NCBI GenBank assembly: GCA_977017645.1 | Contig: OZ360219.1 | Span: forward strand, 57,350,001-57,414,000 | Length of the DNA: 64,000 nt | From: Torpedo marmorata | Lineage: Eukaryota | Direction: 5' to 3' | Notes under the pieces: model-generated | The model's database searches: none | What the model was told of the DNA's origin: nothing | Seen by the model: the letters and a program-made list of their open reading frames with translations, nothing else | Program-made: the position numbers and the translations under genes | Part shown: piece after piece, positions 23,725-37,253 of the stretch | Layout: the number at the start of each line of letters is the position of its first letter | Numbering within the stretch: the first letter of the stretch is position 1

Positions 23725-26700
23725 GATGACACAAATCCAAGGAAAGCATCCAGTCCGGATGGACTACCCAGCCGCTACTGAAAATCTATGCTGACCAACT
23801 GGCCAATGTATTCGTGGATATCTTCAACATCTCACTCCAACAGGGCGTGTTTCAAACAAGCCTCAATCAAACCAGTGCCCAAGAAGAGTGTGGTAACCTG
23901 CCTAAATTATTACTGACCAGTGTTTTGAGAGGCTGGTGTTGAAGCATATCAGCTCCTGTCTGAGTGGCATCATGGAATCATGGATCTATTCCAATTTGCC
24001 TATCGTAGCAACAAATCTATGGCAGATGCCATCTCACTGGCTCTACAGAAAACCCTGGACAGCAAAGAAGCATACATCAGGATACTTTTTAAAAAAAAAT
24101 ATTTTATTTAAAATGTTTAAATCACAAAATACATAAAATGGAATATAAAATTACCAAATTATTTGTGATACAATTTCACCCCCCCTCCCTCCCCTCCCAA
24201 CCCCACTAATCTAATAAAAAATAAAAATAGAAAAAAAAAGAAAAAGAAAGAAAAAGATAGAGTAAGGGGAATGCCAATCCATAAACTAATTCTATTATGG
24301 AGGTCAAGTATGCCAGCAGATCTGATATCTAGAGATCTTCAAATCCTTAAACCAACAGCTTTCACATATGGGCTCCAAATTTTTAAAAAGAAATGATATT
24401 TATTACGTAAATTATAAGTAATTTTTTCAAGTGGTATACATGAACGAAGTTCTGCATGCCATCTTTCTAATCCTAAATCTAAATCAGATTTCCAAGTAAT
24501 AGCAATGCACTTCTTTGAAACAGCTAAAGCAATTCGTAAAAATTCTATCTGATACATATTTAGTTTCATCTTAATACTAAATTTTATAATATCTCCAAAC
24601 AAAAATATCATAGGATCCATTGGAAATGTAATCTTAAATACTTTATCTAAATTTTTTTTAACTTTCAACCAAAAATCATAAACTTTCAGACAAAACCATG
24701 CACAATGTACAAAAGACCCTTCCTCTTTATTACATCTAAAACATAAACCTGATAATGTCGGATTAAATTTCTTTAATTTTTTAGGTGTTAAATATAATTG
24801 ATGAAAAAAATTATATTGTACTAGTCTATATCTAACATTAATAATCTTCGTCATACTTAATTTACATAATTCTTCCCAATGATTTTCATCTATTCTTACA
24901 TTCAAATCTAATTCCCATTTTAATCTTGATTTATGCAAACCTACTTTAGGCATTTTCCTCTGAAACAATTTATACATTTGAGAAATAAATTTATTAACAT
25001 CTCCATTAGTAACTAATAATTCTAATTCATTTTGTCTTGGTAAAATCAAAGCATTACCTAATTTCTCAATCAGAAAAGCTCTAATTTAATAATAAGCAAA
25101 AAGTGTATTATCTAATATATTAAATTTATCTTTCATTCTTTGAAACGTAATAAATTTCCCAGCTTCAAAACAATTATTAATTTTCTTAATTCCTTTTTGA
25201 AACCAAATTTTAAATAATTGATTATTAATAGTAAATGGAATAAGTCCATTTTGATATAAAGGCATCCTTGGAGAAATCAATCCTTTTCCTCCTATTTCCT
25301 TATCCGTCTTATTCCATATTTCTAGCAAATGTTTAAAAATAGGCGAATTTTTCTTTCTTGTTGATATTAATTTAGAATCCCATTTATAAATAATTTCTTC
25401 TTTAAAGTCATCACCTATATTATTTAATTCTATTTTAATCCAAGCAGGAGATTTAGTTGAGTCAAAAAATTCATTAACAAATTTTAATTGAGCTGCTTTA
25501 TAATAATTTTGAAAATTAGGAAGTTGCAAGCCACCCATTTCATAATTCCAAGTTAATTTTTCCATACCTACTCTTGCTAACTTTCATTTCCATAAAAATT
25601 TCCTAATAATTGAATTTAAATCTTTAAAAAATTTGAGGAATTCCATATGGAATTGATTGAAAAAGATATTGAATTCTTGGAAAAATATTCATTTTAATAC
25701 AATTTACTCTTCCCAATAAAGTTATAGGTAAATCTTTCCAATTTTCTAAATCCTTCTTTATTTTCACGAATAATGGTAGGTAAATTTAATTTATATAAAT
25801 TAGCCAATTTTATATCAACCCTTACTCCCAAATATTTAATTCCTTCCTTTGCCCATTTAAATTGTGTAATTTCTTTACATCTACTATAATCCCCTTGTGA
25901 TAATGCCATAATCTCACTTTTATCAGAATTAATTTTATATCCAGATATTCAGGATACTCTTTCTTGACTACAGTTTGACATTCAACACCTTCATCCCCTC
26001 AAAACTAATCAGCAAACTCCAAGTCCTAGACCTCGATATCCCACTATGTAATTAGATCCTGGATTTCCTCACCTCCTGACCCCAATCAGTGCAGACTGGC
26101 AAAAACATCTTGTCCACAATCTCCATCAGCTCCGGAGCACCATAGGGCTGCGTACTTGCACACCTATGCCTGTGTGGCTCAATACGACAACACCCCATTT
26201 ACAAATTTGCTGATTATACCACCACAGTAGTGAGCTGTATAGAGGCGATGAGTGAGCATACAGGAGGGAGATTGAAAACTTGGCTGAATGGGGCACTAAT
26301 AACAACCTTTCACTCAATGTCACCAAAACCAAGGAGCAGATTGTGGACTTTAGGAAGGGAAAGACAGAGGTCTACGATCCAGTGCTCATTGGGGGAACCA
26401 GAGGGTGAGCATATTTAAATTCCTGGGAATCACTATCTCGGAGGATCTTTCCTGGACCCATCATACTAATCCCATCGTGAAGAAAGCACGTCAGTGCCTC
26501 TACTTCCTCAGGAGTTTGTAGATGACATTGGAAACCTTGGCAAACTTCTCGGGATGTGCAGTGGAAAGTATGCTGACCGGCTACATCACAGCCTGGTATG
26601 GGGGCACTAATATCTCTGAGCAGAAAGAGGTAGTGGACACAGTCCAGTACATCACAGGCAAAACTCTCCCACCATCGAGAAAATCTACATGGAACACTGC

Positions 26701-27110
26701 CGACAGAGAGCAGCATCAATCATCAAGGACCCACACCATCCAGGACATGCTCTGTTCTCACTGCTACCATCAGGAAAGAGGTATCGGTGCCACAAGACTC
26801 ATACCATCAGTTCAGTAATAGTTGCTACCCCTCTACCATCAGATTCAAACAACAAACTCAATCAGAGACTCATTTAAGTACTCTTACTTTGCTCTTTTTT
26901 ATTTTTATTTTTTTTTAAAAACTGCAATACAGAAAAAAAATATTCAGTCAGTTGTTTACATTTCTCTTTTGTATCCGTATCTTTTTTCTTGAGCATAGTT
27001 TAGTTATCGATAAGAGGAAATTCTGCCTGGTCCACAGAAAAAAAGAATCTCAGGGTTGTGTGATGTCATGTATGTACTCTGACAATAAATTTGAATTTGA
27101 AATTTGAACT
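23725..27110 (+). mobile_element. Rex1/Babar LINE split by an L1 insertion
   Basis: RT and C-terminal motifs (IIKDPHHPGHALFSLLPSGKRYR); tail GACAATAAATTTGAATTTGA. Confidence 0.85.
24087..25948 (-). mobile_element. 5'-truncated L1/Tx1 LINE
   Basis: KYLG, GGLQLPNFQNYY, CFRC..HCAWFC, LEKITY; TSD TCAGGATACT at 24077-24086 and 25949-25958. Confidence 0.93.
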
Positions 27111-27235
27111 CTGCATATCAATACTTTTAAGAGACCTGCCATTATATTTGACCTCCCAAAGTGCCACACCTCACACCTGTCTGGATTAATTTCCATCAGC
27201 CATTTCTCTGTCAATAACTGTTAATGATTTATATC

Positions 27236-29277
27236 ATAGAACCATAGAACATTACAGCACAGAAACAGGCCCCTTCGGCCCTTCCAGTCTGTGCCGAACC
27301 ATTTTTTTGCCTAGTCCCACTGACCTGCACTCAATCCATAGCCCTCCATACCTCTCCCATCCATGTACCTGTCCAAATTCTTCTTGAATGTTAAAATTGA
27401 GCCCAAATTCACCACTTCAGCTAGCAGCTCGTTCCACACTCCCACCACTCTGTGTGAAGAAGTTCCCCCTCGTGTTCCCCCTAAACTTTTCCCCTTTCAC
27501 TCTTAACCCACGTCCTCTGGTTTATATCTCACCTACCCTCAGTGGAAAAAGCCTACCTATATTTACTCTGTCTATACCCCTCATAATTTTAAATACCTCT
27601 ATCAAATCTCCCCTCATTCTTCTACACTCCAGGAAATAAAGTCATAACCTGTTTAACCTTTCCCTGTAACTCAGTTCCTGAAGTTTGGGCAACATCCTAG
27701 TAAATCTTCTCTGCACTCTTTCTATCTTATTGATATCTTTCCTGTAGTTAGGTGACCAAAACTGCACACAATACTCCAAATTTGGCCTCACCAATGTCTT
27801 ATACAACTTTAACATAACATCCCAACTCTTATACTCAATACTTTGATTTATGAAAGCCAATATGCCAAAAGCTCTCTTTACAACCCGATCCACCTGTGAC
27901 GCCACTTTCAGGGAATTATGTATCTGTATTCCCAGATCCCTCTGTTCTACCGCACTCCTCAGCTGTATGTCCTTTCTTGGTTTGTCCTTCCAAAATGCAA
28001 CACCTCACACTTGTCTGCATTAAATTCCATCTGCCATTTTTCAGCCCATTTTTCCAGCTGGTCCAGATCCCTCTACAAGCTTTGAAAACCTTCTTCGCTG
28101 TCCACAATGTCTCCAACTTTAGTGTCATCTGCACACTTGCTGATCAAATTTACCACATTATCATCCAGATCATTGATATAGATGACAAACAACAATGGTC
28201 CCAGCACCGATTCCTGAGGCACACCACTAGTCACAGGCCTCCAGTCTGAGAAGCAATCATCACCACTACTCTCTGGCTTCTCCCGTCCAGCCATCGTCGA
28301 ATCCAGTTCACTACTTCACCATGAATACCTAGCGTCTGAACATTCATGACTAACCTCCCATGCGGGATCTTGTCACAAGCCTTACTAAAGTCCATGTAGA
28401 CAACATCCACAGCCTTTCCTTTGTAAACTTTCCTGGTAACCTCCTCGATAAACTCTATAAGATTGGTTAAACATGACCTACCACTCACAAAGCCATGTTG
28501 TTTGTCCCTAATCAGTCCCTGGCTATCCAAATAATTATGTATCCAATCTCTTAGAAAACTTTCCAATAATTTACCTACTACTGACGTCAGGTTCACCAGC
28601 CTATGATTTCCAGGGTTACTGCTGGAGCATTATTTAAACAATGGAACAACGTGAGCTCCCCTCCAATCCTCCGGCACCACACCTGTGGCTAAGGACATTT
28701 TAAATATTTCTGCCAAAGCCCCTGCAATTTCTACACTAGCCTCCCTCAAGGTCTGAAGGAATATCTTGTCAGGCCCTGGGGATTTATCCACCCTTATTTG
28801 CTTTAAGACAGCAAGCACTTCCTCCTCTTTAACCTGTATAGGTTCTATGACCTCACTGCTTATTTTCCTTACTTCCCATGACTTTTTGCCCGTTTCCTGA
28901 GTGAATACTGATAAAAAAAAAAACATTTAAGATCTCCCCCATCTCTTTTGGCTCCATAGAAAGCCGACCACTCTGATCTTCAAGGGGACCAATTTTGTCC
29001 CTTACTATCCTTTTGCTCTTAATATACCTGTAGAAAACCTTAGGATGTCATGTCTTCTTTTCATCTTCCTGATTTCTTTCTTGAGGTTTTTCTTGCATTT
29101 TTTTCTACTCCTCAAGTACCTCATTTGCTCCATGTTGCCTATACCTGCTATACACCTTCCGAACCAGATCCCCAATATCCCTCAAAAATCAAGGCTCCCT
29201 ATGCCTGCTATCCTTGCCTTTAATCCTGACAGGAACATACAAACTCTGTACTCTCAAAATGTCACCTTTGAAGGTCC
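27236..29277 (-). mobile_element. CR1 LINE (RT and 3' end)
   Basis: KSPGPDKI, YMDFSKACDKIPH, GVPQESVLGP, RPNLEYCVQFWSP. Confidence 0.92.
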
Positions 29278-30989
29278 TGTTATGTTCTTCGATAGCCCTC
29301 GAAACTGTCCACAACTCTACCTATCGTTGCAGCATCTGCAAACTACATATCACCCCCCTATTTTTTTCATCCAAGTCATTTACGTACATCACAGACAAAA
29401 GTAGTTCCAACACTGATCCCTGTGTAACATCACTGGTCACAGGCCTCCAGCTGGCATAATAGCCTTCTACCACTACCCTCGGTATTTCAATGGCCAGCCA
29501 ATTCTGTTTCCAAAATGTCAAGTCATCATGCATCGGCATCTTCTGACTCAGCCGATGAGGGACCTTCTCAAACACCTTATTAAAGTCCATGTAGACTTTC
29601 CAAATGTGCATAAATCCTATCCTGAAGTGCGCCTTCCAATAGTTTACCTAGCATTGCTGTGAGGTTTAATGGGCAATACTTTCCTAGATTAATCTTTTTT
29701 CCCCTTCTTGAACAAAGGTACTACATTAGCTACTCTCTAGTCCTCTGGGACCTGTCCAGTCACCTGTAAGAATGAAAAATCTTAGTCAATGCCCCAACAA
29801 TTTCTTTACTCATCTCTTTCAATAACCTGTAATATATCCTATCAGGCCCAGAAGTCTTGTCCACTTTAAAGCTCATCAAAACTCCCAATACAACCTCTTT
29901 TTGGATTTCAAAATGCCCCAACACATGCACATTCTCCACAGCATGTTCCTTATCACTGTTCAGGTCCAGCTTGGTAAATATCATGACAAAGTACTGATTA
30001 AGTACCTCACCTACTTTCCTCTGACTCTCAGCAGAAATTCCTTCCTTTGTCCTCTAGTGGTCTTATCATCTCCCTGATCATCCTCTTGTTTTTTTAATGC
30101 ATGTATAAACTATCTTGGTATTTTCTTCAATCCTGCTCACCAAGGAAATTTCATGGTCCCTTTTGGCCTTCCTAACGCTCTGCTTGAGCTCTTTCCTGCA
30201 TTCTTTATATTCTTCCAGGGCCCAGTCTGATTGTAACTTCCTGAACCTTACATGTGTCTGTTTATTTCTAAGTTTATCACCTCTCTTGTCATCCAAGGGT
30301 ATCTTACCTTGCCATCCTGATCTTTCTTTCGTACTAGTACATGCCAGTCCTGGACAATAATTAGTTGGTCCTAAAACAACTCCCACATGTTAGCTGTGGA
30401 CCTGCCAGATAACAGTTGCTCACAGTTTACTCCCAGCCCCCATCTAATCATGTCATAATGTGTCCTCTAATTTAGGATTTTTCTACAAATCCCAAGCTTA
30501 TTCTTGACCATAACTATCTTGAAAGTTATGAACGAATGATCTCTATTCCCAAAATGTTCCCTTTCTGAAACTTTGAACACCTAACCAGGCTCATTTCCCA
30601 ATTCAAGGTTTAGTATAGCCCCCTTACTGGTTGGGCTATCTGCATGCTGCTTCAAGAAACTCTACTGGATACACTCAACAAATTCTGCCCCATCAAAGCT
30701 TCTGGCATTAGTTAATATTCATGGCTCTCAGTGAAGTGAGCTCTTCTTTTCTTTTGAGGTATGGTGAAGAATCCAAACTAGGAACTCCTTTCATGGCTGA
30801 GAAGTCTTCAGAGCACATCTTCAAGCAGTGGTTGACTGCTGCCCTGTTCACCCCTGTCCTTAGTTCAGTGGGGCCTTGGATATCCGTGCCACACAAAGCT
30901 TTTATAATGCTGAAAAAACCTTGCATATTACGGTCATCAAGTTGCTGAGCCTCCTGCACTTTCCATCCACGATCTCAAGGTCAGAGAGA

Positions 30990-31305
30990 ATCGCAAAGCT
31001 ACAGCACGGAAACAGGCCCTTTGGCCCTCTAATTCCACAACAATCATCAACCACCCAATTCGACAAATTTTATCCTCACCCATTTCATTTTCCTCATCAA
31101 CTCCTCCCAGGTTCCACCACTCGGGACAAGTTAGAAATCAATTAATTTACGAGCCCATATATTTTTGTGCTGTGAGCACATCTAGAGGAAACCCCAATCG
31201 GTCATAGGGAGAACGTACAAACTTCGCACAGACAGCAACAGAGATCAGCATTAAATTCAGTTCTGTGGTGCTATGAGGCATTTGCTCCATTAGCTGCTCT
31301 CCTGT
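30990..31305 (-). mobile_element. Degraded V-SINE (HE1-like)
   Basis: GGAGAACGTACAAACTTCGCACAGACAGCA V-domain core plus a CR1-like tail. Confidence 0.7.
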
Positions 31306-31459
31306 GCTTCCCAGTTATTTTGGCTCAAGTTTTTCTACCTTCAGGTGTCTGTAAAGGTATTTGTTTTCTCTTGAGGAAATGTGAAACTTACAATCTGGGA
31401 ATGCCTTACATTTGTGGTTATTTAATACTTCAATCTCCTGTCATTCTCATCAAACCAGT

Positions 31460-33380
31460 CCGAGTTCTTCTTGGATAAATTATTTACCTCCATCAATAGC
31501 CTTGAAATGAAATACCCCAAGATTATGTTCATCTTAGCCAAAGATTTCAACCATACTAATCTCAAAAGCATGCTACAAAAATACCACCAGTACATCAACT
31601 GTCCCACCAGAGACCCCAACATCCTTGACGACTGCTACACACCCAAAGGTGCCGACAGCTCGGTCCCAAGATAGCCCTTTGGCAAATCAGACCATCAGCA
31701 GTGCTCCTCCCACCCTACCTACAAGCAGAAGCTGAAGTGCAAGGATCCATTAGTATAGGTTGCACATTCGACTGACGCAACAGATATCACGCAAAGCAAC
31801 GATTTGGGTCAGTGGACTGGTCTGTATTCAAGGACTCAGCAACCAACCTTAATGAATACACCATAGCCATCACCAATTTCATCAGCAAACATGTGGAAGA
31901 CTGCATGCCAAAGAGAACTATCTGCGTACCCCCAACCAGAAACCGTGGCTGAACAGCAAGGTGCTTTCATGATTGAAGGCCAGGAACGTGGTGTACAATT
32001 CAGACAACCCAGCCCAATATAAAAAAAAGCCAGGTATGACCTGCCCAAGGTAAATAGATACAGCGCCCTCCATAATGTTTGGGACAAAGACTCTTTTTTT
32101 CCTTTATTTGCCCCTGTGCTCCACAGTTTTCAATTTGTAATCAAACAATTCACGTGATTAAAGTGCACATTCCAGATTTTATTCAAGGTTATTTGTATAC
32201 ATTTCAGTTTAACCACGTATAAATGACAGCACTTTTTATACATAGTCCCCTCATTTCAGGGCACCATAATGTTTGGGACATTTGGCTTCACAGGTGTTTG
32301 TGATTACGCAGGGATATTTAATTGCTTCATTGGTACAGGTATAAGAGAGCTAGGCTTGCTTCTAAGCTTTTGATCACTTTGGAGTCTATAGTTACTATTT
32401 TTCAACATGAGGACCAGAGTTGTACCAATGAAAGTCAAAGAAGCCATTCAGAGGCTGAACAAGAAGAATAAAACAGTAAGAGACATCACCCAAACCTTAG
32501 GATTACCAAAATCAACTGTTTGGAAGATGCAAACTATGGCAAAGGTGTTATGCCTTGGATCTTGGGCAGTTCCTTTACACCTTCACACTTTGCTCTTGCC
32601 ATCACTCTGAAACAGGATAATCTTGGTCTCATCTGTCCACAAGACCTTTTTCCAGAATTCTGCAGGCTCTTAAATACTTCTTGGCAAACTGTTATCTGGT
32701 CATCCTTTCTGTGGCTAACTAGTGGTTTGCATCTTGCAGTGTAGCCTCTGTATTACTGTTCATGAAGTCTTCTGCAGACATCAGCCATTGACATATCAAC
32801 ACCTGCCTCCTAAGGAGTGTTTCTGATCTATCAGACATGCGTTTGTGGATTTTTCTTCATTACGATGAGAATTCTTCTGTCATCAGCAGTGGAGGTCTTA
32901 CTTAGAATACCAGTCCCTTTGCGATTACTGAGCTCACCAGTACGCTCTTTCTTCTTAATGATGTTCCAAACAGTATACAAATAACCTTGAATAAAATCTA
33001 GAATGTGCACTTTAATTACATGTGAATTATTTGATTACAAATTTAAACCTGTGGAACACAGGGGTAAATAAAGGATAAAAGTGTCTTTGTTCTTTGTCGC
33101 AAACATGGAGGGCACTGTTTGCCAAGAATCAGACTAACCTCATGAACACCAAGCGCTTATAGCAGGGTATGCATGCCATCACAGGTTACAAATCAAAGCC
33201 AGGCAGAATAGTTAACCAAAGCGCATCCAGCTTGGATAAGCGCAAAGCATTCTACATTCGCTTTGAGCAAGACGCCAACGAGCTAATGGAACATTCCTCT
33301 CCAACCTTGAGCACACACGCACCCACGGTCAACACCGCAAATGTCAAATTGGCCTTCTGGAGAGCGAACAGACATCTTCA
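31460..33380 (+). mobile_element. Rex1-type LINE endonuclease/linker remnant interrupted by a Tc1
   Basis: KDFNHTNLKSMLQKYHQYINCPTRDPNILDDCY; HAITGYKSKP. Confidence 0.75.
32061..33117 (+). mobile_element. Defective Tc1/mariner element with internal inversion
   Basis: TIRs CAGCGCCCTCCATAATGTTTGGGACA / ..AAACATGGAGGGCACTG with long subterminal IRs; paired-like HTH MKVKEAIQRL..TLGLPKSTVW. Confidence 0.88.
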
Positions 33381-33688
33381 ATATGTCAAGATAAGGTTAC
33401 CACAGAGCAATTTTGTTTTGGTGCAGACACAATTTCTGACATGAACAAAATCAACTTATGGACAACTATAAAAATGGAATCCAACAACACCTGCATTTCC
33501 ATGATAAATTACAATTTAGTTCTTCAAACTTAGCACAATGTTTTTCATCGTGTAGTCTTCTAAGGCACAAATACACATTAGAAAAACTTTGTATGAGACT
33601 TTCATTCAGCATAGCTAGAGTCAGAGTTTTTACAGCAGGGAAACAGGCCCTTTGGCCCAAGATGTCTAACCAAGCTCGTCCCATTTAA

Positions 33689-33914
33689 ATTTAGACATAC
33701 AGCATGGTAACAGGCCCTTCTCGCCCACGAGCCCAACCCCCTCCCCAAATGCACCAATTAACCTACAATCCCCGTACATTTTTGAAAAGTGGGAGGAAAC
33801 CGGTGCACCCGGAAAGAAACCCACGAAGACAGGGAGAAAACACAGAAACTCCTTACAGATAGCGCTGGATTCGAACCTGGGGTCACTGGTATTGTTATAG
33901 CATTGCACCAACTG
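33689..33914 (-). mobile_element. tRNA-derived V-SINE inserted in a CR1 3' remnant (~33620-34230)
   Basis: B-box GGTTCGAATCC on the minus strand; GGAGGAAACCGGTGCACCCGG V-domain. Confidence 0.82.
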
Positions 33915-35445
33915 TATTTTAAATGTTATAATTGTAACAACCTCTTCTACTTCCTCTCGAAACTTGTTCCATGTACCCAACAGCCTCTGTGTAAAAAAGG
34001 CACCCATCAAATCCCTTTTAAATCTCTCCCCTCACCTTAAATCTGTGCTTTCTATTTTTAGATTCCCCTACCCTCAGAAAAAAGATTTTGACTAGTTACC
34101 TTATCTATGGACATCATAATTTTGTATAATCTGCCATTCCTACGTCCACTTTCCCACTTCATCCAGATTCTGTTGCAATCTCAGATAATCTTCTTCACTG
34201 TCTATTCTACCAATAATTCTACCAACAGCTGGCTGTGTTCTCAGTTCCATTTTCACTGTGTCTTTCGCTTCAATGCAAGCTTGAGGGATAACGCTTCATC
34301 TTCGAACAAACTGCAGGTTTCTGGATTCAACATCAAGTTCAATAATTTCAGATAAATTTGTTTCTATCCCATGCATAAAAAGTATTTTCCTTTGGTAATT
34401 TGATAACAAATCTTTCTCCCAGATACACCTCCTCCACACCAACCTTGTCATCACCTTGCTTCTTGTGTCACCACCACCATCTTTCACCTTTTACTAACAA
34501 TTTATCCATCATGTAATTTCTACTGCCTTCCACTTTTCTCCTTGGATTGCTTCAGTCCCAACAAACCACTCCATTTATTTTTTCATCTTAAGGCTGTTTA
34601 TCTCCAAGTTCTGATGGCAGGTCAGATCTGAAAATGTTAACTTTTTCTCTACATTTATCAGTTTAATTCATTTTTTTTTAGGCATAGCTACTTAAATTTA
34701 ACAGATGTAGAGGGATTCGCACACATGTCCGTAGGGCACAGTGAAATTGTCTGTGCATACTCACATCATATTAAACTTTAAAAAAAGCAATGGTAATAGG
34801 GTGGGCAGAACATTGCTTTTCCTTTTGCCAAACCTCAGTACTGATAAAGTCAGGTAGTCATTCAACTCTGGAATTATTTTACTTGAGTATATTTTAAAGT
34901 GATTTAAAATCCAGATAATAAATTAAAACATCTATTGTTCTTGAACTTGGTGTGAGTCAAAGCACACCCAACCCAGCAAATTAATTTTAACTTAAATCTC
35001 ATAATTGATAAGTCTGGTTGTACCATTAACCTTTGACACACTTCCAACTTGAGCTTTCATATATTACACGTGTACGAGATTGACACAACAACGTATAAAT
35101 AGATACATTATAAAACTATTGCTTCACGATTTAAATGTTTTTATTGGTATATGATTTTCAATCAATACGATTATTGGAAACCTACGGGTAAAACACGTTA
35201 TGTAAAAATGATATACATTGGCTTGTTTATTATGAATACACATATTATTCACGTTGCCTCTATCTGGATTTTGGAAGAGGTCTGGACAATCAATTTTTAG
35301 CCATTTCACTCTCGATTTTCACTGTTCATGAACTTTTCGTACCAATCACGAGTTTAGGTTACTTTTAAAAAACAATATTCCAATTGTGAGTGATGCGACT
35401 TTGCTGCCCAGATGCCGATTTTTTTTTAAAGTAGGAAACACTTAC

Positions 35446-35479
35446 CTCGTGTTGTAAACCTGCAACCTGCAGACCACAT
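35446..35479 (-). CDS. ETFDH: ETFDH coding exon 1
   Basis: ATG..MWSAGCRFTTR + G, 34 nt, then GTAAGT donor; phase 1 joins exon 2 in frame; lies at the CpG-rich promoter. Confidence 0.9.
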
Positions 35480-36184
35480 CCCGGAGATCGCTGTTACCAA
35501 CTGACCACCAACACAATGCACGACAACGCAGCAAGTGCCGCTTTCACGTTACCGACCCAAAAGGCCACCCGAAACCCTGCGCTTGTAACCAGGGTCGCCA
35601 GTGCACTGTTGGGAAATGCAGTCTTCCACTGAAGGGGAGGAATCACGTGCAACAGCGGCTGCGTAGGCTGTCGCCGTTATGCCTGACGTCACCATTCATG
35701 CGCGGTGACGTCATCGCCGTCACCATGGCTGCCGTTGTGACCCCACAACAACTTCAATGCAGCGCTGGCGGCTTTTTGCACCTCACTCCCACGTCCATGT
35801 TTGACATCCCGTCTGCTTGATTGGGGGTCAGTTTGATAATCACTTATGAAGCACCTACAAAGTTTGTTAAAAGTGCTTTTGATAATAGAATCTTATCCCA
35901 GAGAAGAGTCCGTCACTGGGGAAGTTCGAGGCCGCCTGGGCTCGAAATTAAACAAACTAAAGATGGCCACAATAATTGCCCGAGAGAGATCTGATTTTAA
36001 TCTAAGTTTTTAAACAAACACGAAGATTTACGGACCATGGTAGTTCGACTCTCAGCAGAGAGTTTGAGCGTTCGTTCATGGTCGGCGTCTCTCCTGCGTT
36101 GGTGCAGGCGCGGGATTGGGCAGGCGGGAGTGGGGTCCTCGTCGGGCGCGCGGTTTGACGGCGGAGCTGCGCTGCAGGGAGAAG
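35480..36184. promoter_or_regulatory. Bidirectional CpG-rich promoter between ETFDH and C4orf46
   Basis: ZNF143/Staf-like GACTGCATTTCCCAACAGTGC (35603-35623, minus), E-box CACGTG 35644-35649, two full CRE TGACGTCA (35684-35691, 35706-35713), YY1-like AAGATGGC near 35961. Confidence 0.8.
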
Positions 36185-36262
36185 ATGTCGGCATCGGGCA
36201 GCGGTGCGAGCGAGGCGGTGGACGCACAGCAGCTGCGGGAGATCGAGCTGCAGATTGACCAG
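36185..36262 (+). CDS. C4orf46: C4orf46 orthologue exon 1
   Basis: MSASGSGASEAVDAQQLREIELQIDQ then GT donor; matches human TVDQLEEVELQIGD. Confidence 0.88.
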
Positions 36263-36369
36263 GTTGGGTGATGGCGCCTCGCCGACTGGTCGGCCCGGCC
36301 TCGCTGACGATAAGCGGGGAACCGAGAGCCCGACCGGCGAGCCACCGGAATGGGCGAGGCACTGTGTCC

Positions 36370-36620
36370 CCCCCGGGAACGGCTGGAGCCCCCGTTGCCC
36401 TCCCTCCCTCCCCCGGGGGCGGCTGGAGCCCCCGTTGCCCTCCCTCCCTCCCCCGGGGGCGGCTGGAGCCCCCGTTGCCCTCCCTCCCTCCCTCCCCCGG
36501 GGGCGGCTGGAGCCCCCGTTGCCCTCCCTCCCTCCCTCCCCCGGGAGCGGCTGGAGCCCCCGTTGCTCTCCCTCCCTCCCCCGGGGGCGGCTGGAGCCTC
36601 CGTGACTCTCCCTCCCCGCC
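36370..36620. repeat. GC-rich minisatellite, ~39-43-bp unit, ~6 copies
   Basis: Unit GGCGGCTGGAGCCCCCGTTGCCCTCCCTCCCTCCCCCGGG. Confidence 0.95.
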
Positions 36621-36821
36621 AGGCAGTCGGAGTCCCGCTGCCCTCCCCTCTGACTTGGCCAAAGGAGACGTCTGATAGATTTGATAGCATCTATCACTCC
36701 GGAAAGTCCAGAGCTTCCAGAATACTCACAATTTTGAGATTTGCTTCTTTCAGTGGAGTTTTTCAGAACTGTAAGATGCACCCAATTCTGTTCAGCGTTT
36801 TTTATTTTTATACTGGTCTTT

Positions 36822-37253
36822 GAGGTGTAAGGCGCTCCTTCCGTCCGATAGCCCACAGGTCACCCTTGGGCAAGGTGTAGTACCTGTTTAGCCTCCCAAT
36901 CAGGGTCACGTGAAGCCATGGATTGTGGATGGTTTTTTTACAAGCAGATTCTACAAATTGGAATTTATAGTTGTGAAACTAAAAACGCTGGGCAGATGAA
37001 TCTGCTGATCAATGGCCAGGGTTACCCGTCCAGAATGGACACTGCAACTGAAGAAGGCAACGGGAAACCACTTCAGTATTTTTCCCTTGTATAATCATGA
37101 ACTCAACATTGACTACGGTCTCAGCTCAAAGATGGAGCCTTCACCAAAGGAGTACAGAGGAGGCAACAACTACAATTCGGAGGGTCAGGGATCATGACGG
37201 ATGGAGAGACATGATCGCCCATGCCGAACGGCAAGGCACCTGAATGATGAATG
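36822..37253 (+). mobile_element. RTE-related SINE
   Basis: 12-bp TSD ATACTGGTCTTT at 36810-36821 and 37254-37265; GAAGGCAACGGGAAACCACTTCAGTAT motif; TGAATGA-type tail. Confidence 0.8.

Larger units (their letters stand above)
23372..30707 (-). mobile_element. Older CR1 LINE in pieces (~23372-23722, 27110-27235, 29278-30707)
   Basis: YMDFNKVFEKVPH, QGSVLELLL, KVDKTSGPDRI; CR1 3' UTR at ~23372-23720. Confidence 0.75.
21530..31460 (-). mobile_element. Old RTE-clade LINE, fragmented (~21530-23350, 30708-30960, ~31420-31460)
   Basis: FSYLGIHLS..QCASSAFG..RVF, KRFKDVLKVSLKK, QQLDDRNMQGFFSIIKALCG. Confidence 0.75.

Noticed and set aside
35997-36856. Several long overlapping GC-rich ORFs
   Set aside because: Artefacts of the minisatellite and CpG island; the real exon is 36185-36262.
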